Sequence record: MT811961.1
Strand: one strand, 5' to 3'
DNA length: 64,000 bases
Position 1 is the stretch's first letter. Each line of letters begins with the position of its first letter. Positions 42,983-52,206 of this stretch are shown in pieces. A model generated the notes under the pieces. It searched no databases. It saw only the letters and a list, made by a program, of their open reading frames with translations, and had not been told where the DNA came from. The translations under genes and the position numbers were made by a program.

Positions 42983-43906
42983 ATGAAAAACAAAATGTTC
43001 GAACACAAACAAACTGGTCTTGTTTACCCTGCTACACTAAACGACGAAATCAAGATCTTTGGTTATGACTTTACTCATAACGAAGACTTTGTTCACATCA
43101 CTGATCCTCGTAATGAAAGCCTAAGTCACTTTATGCACGCGGTTAACGAGGTAGAGTTTCTGCCTAAGCTCATTACTTTGTTAGAGGGACAGCAGTTACG
43201 TTGTCCGTTTACAGACACATTGGCAGAAGTGATCAGCATGGCAGAGACATCCACGTTTGTTGATATCTGCGGTAACCACAAAGAGACTCGCAGCATGCCA
43301 CGTCTGCATGTTCGCTTTACGCGTCCTGATGGCTCATCTTTCGCAGTGAAACACGATTCGGCATGGGCCCTATGGAACATGCGTCTACCTAGTGGCGAAA
43401 CTCCATTGGAAGTCATGGAGGACATGAGTGAGTTCTTTGGTTCTCATACTCGCTGCAACATCAAGTTTGATCCAGCTGCAATTCTAAAGGAAATCAAGTT
43501 CTTTAAAGCCCATGAAGAAAAACCAAGCATCGAAGAACTTGTAGATATTCGTGAGCGATTCCGTGGTCTGGGTGTGGTTGAAGGCCTAACCTTTATCCTG
43601 CCAAAAAGCTTACGTCTAAGTAAAACGGTATATGACTCGGTAACACGTCTGTATGAAGTCAAGATGAGCAAGACAGGTACAAACGTTATCGAACTACCTA
43701 TTACGATTGAAGCAAGCTATGCACCTATCTGGGGCCTACAAAAGAACGTCTCTATTAAGTGGGCAGATGGTGTAATTGAGCAAATGTCTTGGTCTAGCAA
43801 TCCTGCACTGAAGGTTACGGACTACGACTTCCTTAAAGCGGTCACGTCGTCTATTGATGACACTTATGGCCATATCGTTTCATTCGAAATCATTGACGAG
43901 GATTAA
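42983..43906 (+). CDS. Hypothetical protein
   Basis: Start moved to ATG 42983 (GGAG upstream). Confidence 0.75.
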   Translation: MKNKMFEHKQTGLVYPATLNDEIKIFGYDFTHNEDFVHITDPRNESLSHFMHAVNEVEFLPKLITLLEGQQLRCPFTDTLAEVISMAETSTFVDICGNHKETRSMPRLHVRFTRPDGSSFAVKHDSAWALWNMRLPSGETPLEVMEDMSEFFGSHTRCNIKFDPAAILKEIKFFKAHEEKPSIEELVDIRERFRGLGVVEGLTFILPKSLRLSKTVYDSVTRLYEVKMSKTGTNVIELPITIEASYAPIWGLQKNVSIKWADGVIEQMSWSSNPALKVTDYDFLKAVTSSIDDTYGHIVSFEIIDED

Positions 43907-43908
43907 TC

Positions 43909-44472
43909 ATGCAATATCTAACACTGGCAACCATGCCACGCATCATGCAAAACTGGGAACCAAGTGATCAGCTACAGGTAGAGCGTGATTACATCAAGCT
44001 ACCGGTCAACGGACCACTAGAGGGTGACATCCTTTATCTTGCTGGCACACCAATGACTGTATTCAGCAATGGTATTTGGACCATCATGGACCCCGAGTTC
44101 TTTATGACAAAGGGCAACGTGAAAACCACGGTGAAAACAAAGTCAGGCGTTGAATGCAATATTGATTTGCAATTCCCAGATACCCTGTCCAATGTCATTG
44201 AGCTAAACCAGCATGGTGCACTCAAGCTCGTCCATCGTGTGACAGGTAAGATCTTCCGTGCTACCTTTACTGTAGACGACCCTGAGAAGTTCTGTCCTGA
44301 AACATGTACTCGTGTTAACTTCTATCAGGTTTGGGTAATGCTTCAAGAGGTTCACCGCAATGGCGAAGACCAATGGGAGTACAATACCAACCCAGTTGCT
44401 TACCTTGTAGGCGATAACGAAATCTGTGAATTCTTTGGCAATTGCCAAGTATCTGAATTCGATCTAATCTAA
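43909..44472 (+). CDS. Hypothetical protein
   Basis: 187-aa ORF; GAGG SD. Confidence 0.75.
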   Translation: MQYLTLATMPRIMQNWEPSDQLQVERDYIKLPVNGPLEGDILYLAGTPMTVFSNGIWTIMDPEFFMTKGNVKTTVKTKSGVECNIDLQFPDTLSNVIELNQHGALKLVHRVTGKIFRATFTVDDPEKFCPETCTRVNFYQVWVMLQEVHRNGEDQWEYNTNPVAYLVGDNEICEFFGNCQVSEFDLI

Positions 44473-44478
44473 CAACCC

Positions 44479-44504
44479 GAGGGAATTTCTTGTGAGGTTC
44501 CCTC
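44479..44504 (+). terminator. Intergenic hairpin (weak terminator or processing site)
   Basis: GAGGGAATTTC-TTGT-GAGGTTCCCTC; poor U-tract. Confidence 0.45.
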
Positions 44505-44541
44505 ATTAACCAAATCTTAATCAAACATAAGGAATAACAAC

Positions 44542-45144
44542 ATGCCTAGTCACTGGAACTCAACCATTCGTTCAAACGGTCCAACTAAAGTATTCTCAAA
44601 GGCCGGTACAAACCCAGCTATCGAAGTAACAGTAGCGACTGGAACCGAATTCCATAAAAATGCTGATGGTGCTCCTACTCTTTATACACCAGATGGCCAC
44701 TGTTCTCTTCGCCATCTTGTGGCAATGGCAATCTCTAATGATTCAAACGACTTTGACTTTAGTGATGTTTCTATTTATACTGTACAGACTCCGATTTCTA
44801 TCGAGCGTACCGACTACGATAGTCGCATGGTTTGTGCTATCATTCCTGATGACGTACTGACCAACAAGAAAGAAATCAAAGTCATTGCAGACGACAACCG
44901 CATCGTCACCATCTATCTGTTACGCACACCGACCAAGATGACTCGCGGTGAGTCTTTCATTATGGACGACGTGACGTTTATGGTTACCGAAGACTTCTCT
45001 TGGACTGCTAAGATTACTGAGATGGCTAACAAGTCTACTCAGGACTTTATCGAAGCCCTTATCGAAGAGAAGAAAATCCTACCTGTACTAAATAGCATGA
45101 AGCTGCAAGGTGCATCTCAAGCAACTCTGATTCGTAAGGCATAA
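44542..45144 (+). CDS. Hypothetical protein
   Basis: 200-aa ORF; TAAGGA SD. Confidence 0.75.
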   Translation: MPSHWNSTIRSNGPTKVFSKAGTNPAIEVTVATGTEFHKNADGAPTLYTPDGHCSLRHLVAMAISNDSNDFDFSDVSIYTVQTPISIERTDYDSRMVCAIIPDDVLTNKKEIKVIADDNRIVTIYLLRTPTKMTRGESFIMDDVTFMVTEDFSWTAKITEMANKSTQDFIEALIEEKKILPVLNSMKLQGASQATLIRKA

Positions 45145-45146
45145 AC

Positions 45147-45308
45147 ATGGGCTCTAAATATTCTGTTTACTGGTGGAAGCCAGGTGATATTCATGTACCG
45201 GTTTACAATGGTGCATCGTTCTTAAAGGCTGTTTGGTCTTACATTCAGGCACACCGTGGTGAGAAGAAGGGCAATGTCCTTTATCTTGTTGATCGTTCAT
45301 TCCTATAG
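45147..45308 (+). CDS. Small hypothetical protein (53 aa, not in the ORF track)
   Basis: MGSKYSVYWWKPGDIHVPVYNGASFLKAVWSYIQAHRGEKKGNVLYLVDRSFL exactly fills the gap between two genes; TAAGG upstream. Confidence 0.6.
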   Translation: MGSKYSVYWWKPGDIHVPVYNGASFLKAVWSYIQAHRGEKKGNVLYLVDRSFL

Positions 45309-45320
45309 GAAACAATCATT

Positions 45321-46175
45321 ATGCAATTCACTTACAAAGAAACAACTCCACAAGCAGCAGTGCTTATCTCCGGCTTAAACCAGCTTAACTTTAGCCGTGA
45401 GTTCTGGGAAGTATTTGGCGTTGACCATGGCACGAGTGCTGTATTGGATAATGCGGCTACTAACGTTCACATGAACTACGAAACGATTGAGATTGCTTTA
45501 ATCGACATGGTACTTGATCGTTACTATGCTGGTAACAAAGCACCAATCAAATCAATCGAGCTACATTGGTCTTGCGAGCCAAAAGATCTTGAAGTAATGC
45601 TGACGATCTGGGTATTTAAAGAAGGCGGTGGTTCTGAGCACGGTACGTTCCAAATCACTTATATCGATGGTGGTGCTTATGGTGACATCCTTTACAACGG
45701 TAAGAGCCAATGGAGCTTTACTAGCGTAGATACACCGAAGAACACGATTCTGCCAAACATCGTCGAAGTCGCTGGTGACTCAGTACAGTTCACTATGATG
45801 CAGCCTGACTTTGTATATCGTGCAAATCAGGACACAGCTGAAACCGAACTGTATGTTACTTACACAGGCAAGCCAGAAGAATTCATTGATAAGGCACGCT
45901 CGGATGAAGGTCTACCTGAGTTTGTTACGTACTATATGCCTCCAGTACCTGCGATTGATCGCCCTGCTTACAAGCTCGACCGCGATACACTTGTAACAAT
46001 CAATTACAAGTTTTCCGGCAAACTACGCGTACAAGCTCTTGTAGCAGAAGTTAAAGGCAGTGGTCGTCAGAGTGAACCTGAGTACATCCTGGATGGCCGC
46101 GATGTAACTCTGCGTCATACAGAGACTTTCCGCGGCAAAGATGGAAAACTCACACTGACATTACTTTCAGAATAA
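45321..46175 (+). CDS. Hypothetical protein
   Basis: 284-aa ORF; AGGA SD. Confidence 0.75.
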   Translation: MQFTYKETTPQAAVLISGLNQLNFSREFWEVFGVDHGTSAVLDNAATNVHMNYETIEIALIDMVLDRYYAGNKAPIKSIELHWSCEPKDLEVMLTIWVFKEGGGSEHGTFQITYIDGGAYGDILYNGKSQWSFTSVDTPKNTILPNIVEVAGDSVQFTMMQPDFVYRANQDTAETELYVTYTGKPEEFIDKARSDEGLPEFVTYYMPPVPAIDRPAYKLDRDTLVTINYKFSGKLRVQALVAEVKGSGRQSEPEYILDGRDVTLRHTETFRGKDGKLTLTLLSE

Positions 46176-46183
46176 TCTGATCT

Positions 46184-46199
46184 CTATATAACCAAGGTG
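46184..46199 (+). promoter_or_regulatory. phiKZ-type early promoter motif (TATATAAC variant)
   Basis: CTATATAACCAAGGTG, immediately followed by hairpin GTGGATAGC-AACGT-GTTATCCAC. Confidence 0.7.
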
Positions 46200-46253
46200 G
46201 ATAGCAACGTGTTATCCACTTCTTTCAAATAATCCTTAAAAGGAAAATGTATT

Positions 46254-46973
46254 ATGTTTACTATGTTTCAAGCAACACTAAACGAAAAAGGTTCAGCGCT
46301 TACTGGTAAAGAAGTTACTACTGCGGTAACTAAACTTGACCCTAAGCTGCTTGACGCACTAGGTTTTCGTGTTGTTAGTGACGGTCGTCAACAAACAATC
46401 GAAGAAACTGCAAAGATCTTCTGCAATGCTGACGAAGCTGTATTCTTGGAAGGTTGTGTTTATAATCTACGTTCTCGTTTGATTAATCTCCAGGACCTTG
46501 TGTTTCTAAATCAACAACACGTTACGTTCATTACTGGTTGCATGCGTGCGGAAATCAAAATCGATTCTGAGTATGCGTCATTTGTTACTGCTGATGGTTG
46601 GTCAGATAAGATTGACTTCTCTCTGCTTATCCCTGAAGGTGTATTTCTAAATGATGCACAGGTTGCAATTAACCGCGTACTCAATCGTGTTGAGTTTGCA
46701 CCTAAGCTCAATACTGGTGGCTATGAAGACATGGCTGAACTAGTAAGCGAAACATTCAAGCGCATGAAGGGCAACCTTCAAATGTTTAAACAAAAACGTG
46801 TTTTCGAAGATCACTACCTAATGGGCAATCGCTCTAAGTATGTGAACATCCAAATCCGTTTACTGCCTGCCGATTCAAGTGACCTAGATATTCTAGATCG
46901 TGTTCCTTATCTACCAGCTACAGAAAAGGATGAAATCATCGCCGGTAAGGTAAGCTACTGGAAACACAAGTAA
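46254..46973 (+). CDS. Hypothetical early protein
   Basis: 239-aa ORF; AAGGA SD. Confidence 0.75.
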   Translation: MFTMFQATLNEKGSALTGKEVTTAVTKLDPKLLDALGFRVVSDGRQQTIEETAKIFCNADEAVFLEGCVYNLRSRLINLQDLVFLNQQHVTFITGCMRAEIKIDSEYASFVTADGWSDKIDFSLLIPEGVFLNDAQVAINRVLNRVEFAPKLNTGGYEDMAELVSETFKRMKGNLQMFKQKRVFEDHYLMGNRSKYVNIQIRLLPADSSDLDILDRVPYLPATEKDEIIAGKVSYWKHK

Positions 46974-46981
46974 TCACTAAA

Positions 46982-47020
46982 CCTGGGGTCCATTTGGACC
47001 TCGGGCATTTTCAATCATCA
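46982..47020 (+). terminator. Probable terminator hairpin
   Basis: CCTGGGGTCCA-TT-TGGACCTCGGG then CATTTT. Confidence 0.6.
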
Positions 47021-47046
47021 TTTTATTTTGTCTTGGAGACAACGTT

Positions 47047-48390
47047 ATGTATCAACTCATCTTAGATCTGTTTGCATTTGCTAATGAAAAATTCGTCATG
47101 CTTACCACGTGGATCAATACCGTGTCTGGTGGCATGGACTTCCTGTCCGGTATGATCTTTACTGCTCTAGCCACTGCGTCTGGTTGGGCAGCATACTTCT
47201 TTACTAAAACTGTCCCTGGTTCTATTAAGCGCCGCCTGATTGTTAGTTTTACAATTGACCGTGATCAAAACGTCTACAAGTACGAAGGCTTCGTAGAAAA
47301 ACTAGAGGCTTTCTCTACGTCTCTCGGTTCTCGTTCGTTTGTGGTAGAACCTAAGTTGTGGGAAGAAGGTCTAAAGACATATGATGGTTATCATCTAAAT
47401 CCAGGTCTAGGCTTCCACTGGTTCTTCTGGAACAAGCGTTTGTTTTGGTACACAATCATGGATCTACCATCAAGCGGTTCAGAGAAACAAAAGAAGCGTC
47501 TTCGTCTAATGACTTATGGTCTTACTGCAAAACCTCTTTACGACTTTGTTGACTACCTTAAAGTTGACGTTGACCGCAAGTGGAACTACATCTACGATCA
47601 CGATAGCAAAGGCTGTATTGCTGGCTCACAGCGTGCGATTCTTCCGCATCTGAATGACCTGTGTCTTAACCCAGAAGTAAAAGCGTACTTCAATGATCTT
47701 GTAGAGAAGTTCCCACAGCGAGTGAAGTTTGCAGAAGAGCATGACATGACTTACAAGTACATTGGTTGTCTATATGGCGAACCTGGTTCTGGTAAGACGT
47801 CGCTTCTGTGTTCTGTTGCTAAGGCAATGGGCATTCGCAACGTAATGACCGTTGACGTATCTGAACTAGAGGGCAATAGTTCACTGCGTACTCTATTCAG
47901 TTCAAAGCTAAGTGGTGGTGATGTACCTAACTTCTTGATCATCGAAGATATTCATAGTCATGAAGCTTTCTTGAAGCCAGAACATCAAAAAGATAGCGGC
48001 GAGTTAATTGCAATGGGTCCATCACTAGATGGTCTACTTAACACACTGAATGGTGTTGTTCCACTACACAACACAATTGTGTTTATTACCACGAACTACA
48101 TCGAACGCCTGGATGATGCGATCACTCGTCCTGGTCGTACAACCCATGCAATGGAGCTACCACGCTTGTCTCCTGAAACCGTGAATGCGTACATGAAAGA
48201 CCGCATCGAAGGTTGGGATGACTCTGTCGAAGTACCTTTGCGTGGTTGTGATCTTGGTCAACTACTTGACGGCTCTGACTACAAGCTAGAAATTGCCAAA
48301 GAGATCTACCACAACCTTGTTCCTCAGTTACCTGAGAAACCTGTTTACAACTACCATGAATCAAACAAAATTACATTTGGAGAAGAATAA
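47047..48390 (+). CDS. BCS1-like AAA+ ATPase with an N-terminal membrane segment
   Basis: Walker A GEPGSGKT, Walker B LIIEDI, LDGLLNTLNG, TTNYIERLDDAITRPGR (SRH); hydrophobic N-terminal segment. Confidence 0.85.
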   Translation: MYQLILDLFAFANEKFVMLTTWINTVSGGMDFLSGMIFTALATASGWAAYFFTKTVPGSIKRRLIVSFTIDRDQNVYKYEGFVEKLEAFSTSLGSRSFVVEPKLWEEGLKTYDGYHLNPGLGFHWFFWNKRLFWYTIMDLPSSGSEKQKKRLRLMTYGLTAKPLYDFVDYLKVDVDRKWNYIYDHDSKGCIAGSQRAILPHLNDLCLNPEVKAYFNDLVEKFPQRVKFAEEHDMTYKYIGCLYGEPGSGKTSLLCSVAKAMGIRNVMTVDVSELEGNSSLRTLFSSKLSGGDVPNFLIIEDIHSHEAFLKPEHQKDSGELIAMGPSLDGLLNTLNGVVPLHNTIVFITTNYIERLDDAITRPGRTTHAMELPRLSPETVNAYMKDRIEGWDDSVEVPLRGCDLGQLLDGSDYKLEIAKEIYHNLVPQLPEKPVYNYHESNKITFGEE

Positions 48391-49040
48391 TGAACGAACT
48401 ATCTGATCAAGGCAAACTTATCAAAGGTTGGTTAACTGAAAATTCATTGCAAGTTGAATCGCTTGCATTGCCTGATGTCGAAGAAGAAAACTTAGCCCCC
48501 TTTGGGGCTAACCTCAGTGAGTTCGAAGCAGTGATTCGTTATCCTTACGAACTGTCTGACTTTGAAGCATTGCGCAAGCTGAAGGCAGAAGTACTGATCA
48601 AGAAAGTAGACAAGAATGCAATCGTGCTTCTGTTCCGTCCTAAGGAAGAGATGGACATCAGCCATTCGATTGTTCCTCATCTTTACCGCGTCTTAGAGCG
48701 CTGTATGATCAGTAGCAATGGTGTTGATCTAACGTGTGCAGTCAATGCCCTGGCTGAAGTACTCAACATCATTCCACATGCACTGGCGGCAGCAGAGAAA
48801 GCCGAAAAGGACAAACAAGCTATATTCTTTAGTGAGTTTGATACATGCGGAAAACGTCACGATAACATCATCATGCAAAAGCTTCTACATGTCTTTGGAC
48901 ACGACGCGAAGAAATACTGCGTAGACAAAGGTGATGATTCTATCGTCGGTGCCGTCTCTGCAATCGTGGGCAAGGCCCAGAGTCATGTTGCGACACGAAT
49001 CACGTCAGACGAAGACTTTTGGAAAAAATTGAATAAGTAA
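48390..49040 (+). CDS. Hypothetical protein
   Basis: 216-aa ORF with TAATG coupling. Confidence 0.75.
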   Translation: MNELSDQGKLIKGWLTENSLQVESLALPDVEEENLAPFGANLSEFEAVIRYPYELSDFEALRKLKAEVLIKKVDKNAIVLLFRPKEEMDISHSIVPHLYRVLERCMISSNGVDLTCAVNALAEVLNIIPHALAAAEKAEKDKQAIFFSEFDTCGKRHDNIIMQKLLHVFGHDAKKYCVDKGDDSIVGAVSAIVGKAQSHVATRITSDEDFWKKLNK

Positions 49041-49050
49041 GGAATCCATC

Positions 49051-50112
49051 ATGGACTACAAAACTTTAGTTGTTACTGCTATCGGTATTCTTGCCGTTAC
49101 TATTTTAGGTTTGCTCTATATCCACAGCGAGCGAGAAAAACGCCGTTTGCGTAAAGTGTCTACTGACACGACTGCGTTTGCAGAAGGCAGCACAGAACCA
49201 GTTATAGACTTTCTGTTGGATACGGCCTATGTGCGCAATGCTGTTACCACTCAGCACGTGGGCGTTTCAACACAGACGTTCGAAATCGATGCTTTTATCA
49301 GTTTCATGGACAAGTACAAGAAAGCTTTGACCACTGCCTTAGAAGACTTCACGGACAACACCAACCGCATGGATTCGGTACATTGGGCGGTTGGCATGAT
49401 GTTGGAAATCTATGGCGAAGGCATGGGCTATCATATTACAGCAGCGCGCTTTGGTAATGTACCGGATTCAGTACGCAGCTTAATGATGATCTCGTTTGCC
49501 GAAACAGTTGCACATCGTGACAAAAATGATGCCCCATTTGACTTTGTGGAAACTTGGCTAAGTCTTGTTGAGACGAATCGTTTCTGTTATTCTTTGGAAG
49601 AACTAAACTCAGAGTTCTTTGTTGGACATACAGTACATCGTCACTTGGAAGATTACTTTGATAACCACAATCGCTTCTGTGATGATCTATCTGCACGCCA
49701 ACGCATTCAGATGGCACGTGTTATGCATAACAACTTCCGTAAGGTTCCTGCACATAGCTGTGTTACACAGACTCGCTCATGCAACTGGCGTTTGTTGTTC
49801 TTGGCTACATGGATTCACGAAGCGTACATCAACGTTGAGTTTGAATTGACTGACTTAGAGACGTACGTCTTAGAGGACCGTCTGCTTGACTATGATGCAC
49901 GTTCGGATCTTGAGGTATCTCTCTTTCCAACAAAGGAAGAAGATATTGAAGTAAACGACCTGGAAGAGGAAGAGGCTCTTATGCTAGAAGCAGATGAAAC
50001 TCTAACTCATCTGGATGGGCCTGGTCGCGGTTACAAAGATCCGCAGACAATGCTGATCGAAGCAGAAGATGAAGCAGCTGAGTCATCAAGCAATTCTGAT
50101 TCAGAAGACTAA
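49051..50112 (+). CDS. Membrane-anchored hypothetical protein with an acidic tail
   Basis: LVVTAIGILAVTILGLLYI TM; Asp/Glu-rich C-terminus. Confidence 0.75.
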   Translation: MDYKTLVVTAIGILAVTILGLLYIHSEREKRRLRKVSTDTTAFAEGSTEPVIDFLLDTAYVRNAVTTQHVGVSTQTFEIDAFISFMDKYKKALTTALEDFTDNTNRMDSVHWAVGMMLEIYGEGMGYHITAARFGNVPDSVRSLMMISFAETVAHRDKNDAPFDFVETWLSLVETNRFCYSLEELNSEFFVGHTVHRHLEDYFDNHNRFCDDLSARQRIQMARVMHNNFRKVPAHSCVTQTRSCNWRLLFLATWIHEAYINVEFELTDLETYVLEDRLLDYDARSDLEVSLFPTKEEDIEVNDLEEEEALMLEADETLTHLDGPGRGYKDPQTMLIEAEDEAAESSSNSDSED

Positions 50113-50117
50113 AAGAA

Positions 50118-50165
50118 AAGAGGGGAGCGTTTGCTCCTCTCTTCTTCTTATTTTTTTTTTCTTTT
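50118..50165 (+). terminator. Rho-independent terminator
   Basis: AAGAGGGGAGC-GTTT-GCTCCTCTCTT then a long T tract. Confidence 0.85.
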
Positions 50166-50181
50166 CATCGGTTGTTGATCT

Positions 50182-50197
50182 CTATATTACCAATGTG
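50182..50197 (+). promoter_or_regulatory. phiKZ-type early promoter motif
   Basis: CTATATTACCAATGTG. Confidence 0.75.
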
Positions 50198-50229
50198 ATT
50201 ATCAACCCTAAACCTTAAAAGAGGCTATT

Positions 50230-50958
50230 ATGAAAAACAATCTATCTGTACTTACTGCATGTCACCTACTAGGCTTCCGTCAAGTTCAAATTCTACGTCA
50301 ACTTGGTATTGATGATTTCCCTATGGAAGTAATCAACGCATTCTTGGATGTTGAGTTTAAACAAATCATTGCCGATGATCAAACGGTTTGGCAGCGTCAT
50401 CTAAAGATCTCTAAGCTTCCGTACATGGAAACACTTCGTTTCGGCAACGATGGTTTCTTGTTATCAAAAGAAATCAATACGGTTCATACATCAGAAACCG
50501 TTTTCTTTGACATCCAAGTTGTCGACGAAGAAGCAAAGATCTTGAAGTGGACTTCATCGACTTCGTTTGGTGTTATCGAATGTCTGGTTGACGAAGAAAC
50601 AATGAACATCATCGAAGTAAACAACGGCGTTGAGATTGGTCGTCCTTACTACAGTGACAGCTACATCCCAGCAACAGTTTACTATCCACACCGCGTACAT
50701 GGCGCTGACGCAACAGACGAAGAAATTGCATACTGGTCTACACAGTACCCATGTGCAAATCATCTTTGCCTCAACCGTCGTGGTTTGCCTGTATACGAAC
50801 AGAACGGCGATTGGATCTATCGCTATGAGTTCATCGGTAAACACATCATCAACATCTATTCTAACGCACATGGCCCGTTCCGCCTATTCCTATCACTGGA
50901 GAAGTACAATGATCGTTTCCCTGGAAAGCTTAAAGAAGTATCATTCCAAGCAGCCTAA
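50230..50958 (+). CDS. Hypothetical beta-rich protein
   Basis: GAGG SD; ends IYRYEFIGKHIINIY, similar in style to 15174 and 24526. Confidence 0.7.
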   Translation: MKNNLSVLTACHLLGFRQVQILRQLGIDDFPMEVINAFLDVEFKQIIADDQTVWQRHLKISKLPYMETLRFGNDGFLLSKEINTVHTSETVFFDIQVVDEEAKILKWTSSTSFGVIECLVDEETMNIIEVNNGVEIGRPYYSDSYIPATVYYPHRVHGADATDEEIAYWSTQYPCANHLCLNRRGLPVYEQNGDWIYRYEFIGKHIINIYSNAHGPFRLFLSLEKYNDRFPGKLKEVSFQAA

Positions 50959-51427
50959 GACGCTGTATCGTTTACAACACAAAGAAGATGGTATGGGTGC
51001 TTGGAGGCACCCATATAACAATATCATCCGTCCTGAGACAATTATGCCAGAACCAACAGAAGAAGGTTTGGACTTTTGGCGCGGGATGCGTTGTGCTGTA
51101 CCCGAACTGGCTATGCTTATGGCTTGGCATGGCCGATGGGAGATGGAACGACTAATCAACGAATTCGATTTCGAGATCGTTGAAGTTGTGGCTACTGGAG
51201 TTCAATCCGGTGACCTGCAATCAGTCTACCATCCAAAGAACGTAATCAGCGTTACTCCATTGGAATGGAATCGTGACTTACGTAAACGTGTAATTCGCGG
51301 CGAGTCTGAAAAGACCGCTGCTCGACTTGATCGTTGGAGAAACAAATATGACGCAAAACACGGATACTCTAGATCCCCTTCGTTTGGACTACTCGGAAAT
51401 GGAAAGCGTCGTAGACTCGGTTTGTGA
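50909..51427 (+). CDS. Hypothetical protein
   Basis: Start moved to ATG 50909 (GGAG upstream); the ORF-track start at 50630 overlaps the previous gene by more than 300 nt. Confidence 0.6.
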   Translation: MIVSLESLKKYHSKQPKTLYRLQHKEDGMGAWRHPYNNIIRPETIMPEPTEEGLDFWRGMRCAVPELAMLMAWHGRWEMERLINEFDFEIVEVVATGVQSGDLQSVYHPKNVISVTPLEWNRDLRKRVIRGESEKTAARLDRWRNKYDAKHGYSRSPSFGLLGNGKRRRLGL

Positions 51428-51668
51428 TTCTATTATCCACGGTGATTGTGGTATGAGTTACCAACTCACAGAAGAACTGCGCCAACGCATCAAATCAGAG
51501 TTAGCCACAAAGCTCCAAGCTAAGATCATGGATCGTTTTGTTGTACACAGCCAAAACTTCATGTTACAGGACTCACAGGTTATTACCTTCGCCACAACCG
51601 ACGAAGAACCTGTTTATCCGAAAGCAACCGCACACAATACAGTAGGAGAGCAAGATGAATCAAAGTAA
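51348..51668 (+). CDS. Hypothetical protein
   Basis: GGAGA SD before ATG 51348. Confidence 0.6.
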   Translation: MTQNTDTLDPLRLDYSEMESVVDSVCDSIIHGDCGMSYQLTEELRQRIKSELATKLQAKIMDRFVVHSQNFMLQDSQVITFATTDEEPVYPKATAHNTVGEQDESK

Positions 51669-52170
51669 ACGTTCTAAAGCAATTGGTAGTCGTATCGTTA
51701 AACCGCTACTTCGCAAAGGTATTACGGAATCAGAAAAGAATCTGTATCGTATAACTCGTGTTGCCCGCGTGTCGTTTGTTCATGACCTTGGAGTTCAGGA
51801 CATCCGTGGGGTAAAGTTATATGCACGGTACGTTAACGGGGAGACACTTATCTATCGTCGCTTCCGTCGTACAAAGTACATGGTGTTCTGTTACAAGACA
51901 ACCTTCCATAGTGCACAGCATTCGTGGTACACGCATTTCAGTCCACGCAATACATACTACCTGACCGTGCATTCATTACATGCCATTATTCTTCGCAATG
52001 GCTATGGTCGTCAATTCGATCGCAATGCTATCGGCGACTCTAGTAGTAATACTCTGTTCATGCGCGAAGGTGCAATAAACAAACAGATCATGGGTCGTCT
52101 GAAACGCATGCCGATATCAGAATACTCAGAAACACTAAAAGGCTTTGCTGGCGACTTTGAGTCAGTATAA
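51655..52170 (+). CDS. Basic hypothetical protein
   Basis: AGGAG SD; Arg/Lys-rich. Confidence 0.7.
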   Translation: MNQSKRSKAIGSRIVKPLLRKGITESEKNLYRITRVARVSFVHDLGVQDIRGVKLYARYVNGETLIYRRFRRTKYMVFCYKTTFHSAQHSWYTHFSPRNTYYLTVHSLHAIILRNGYGRQFDRNAIGDSSSNTLFMREGAINKQIMGRLKRMPISEYSETLKGFAGDFESV

Positions 52171-52206
52171 CTAATCCCATCCCATTTTTTATTAAGAGAT
52201 AATCTC

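Noticed and set aside
50630-50908. Long N-terminal extensions given by the ORF track (also at 18006, 22587, 24466, 37695, 40229, 58246, 59498)
   Set aside because: They overlap upstream genes, terminators or promoters; a downstream ATG with a clear SD fits better in each case.
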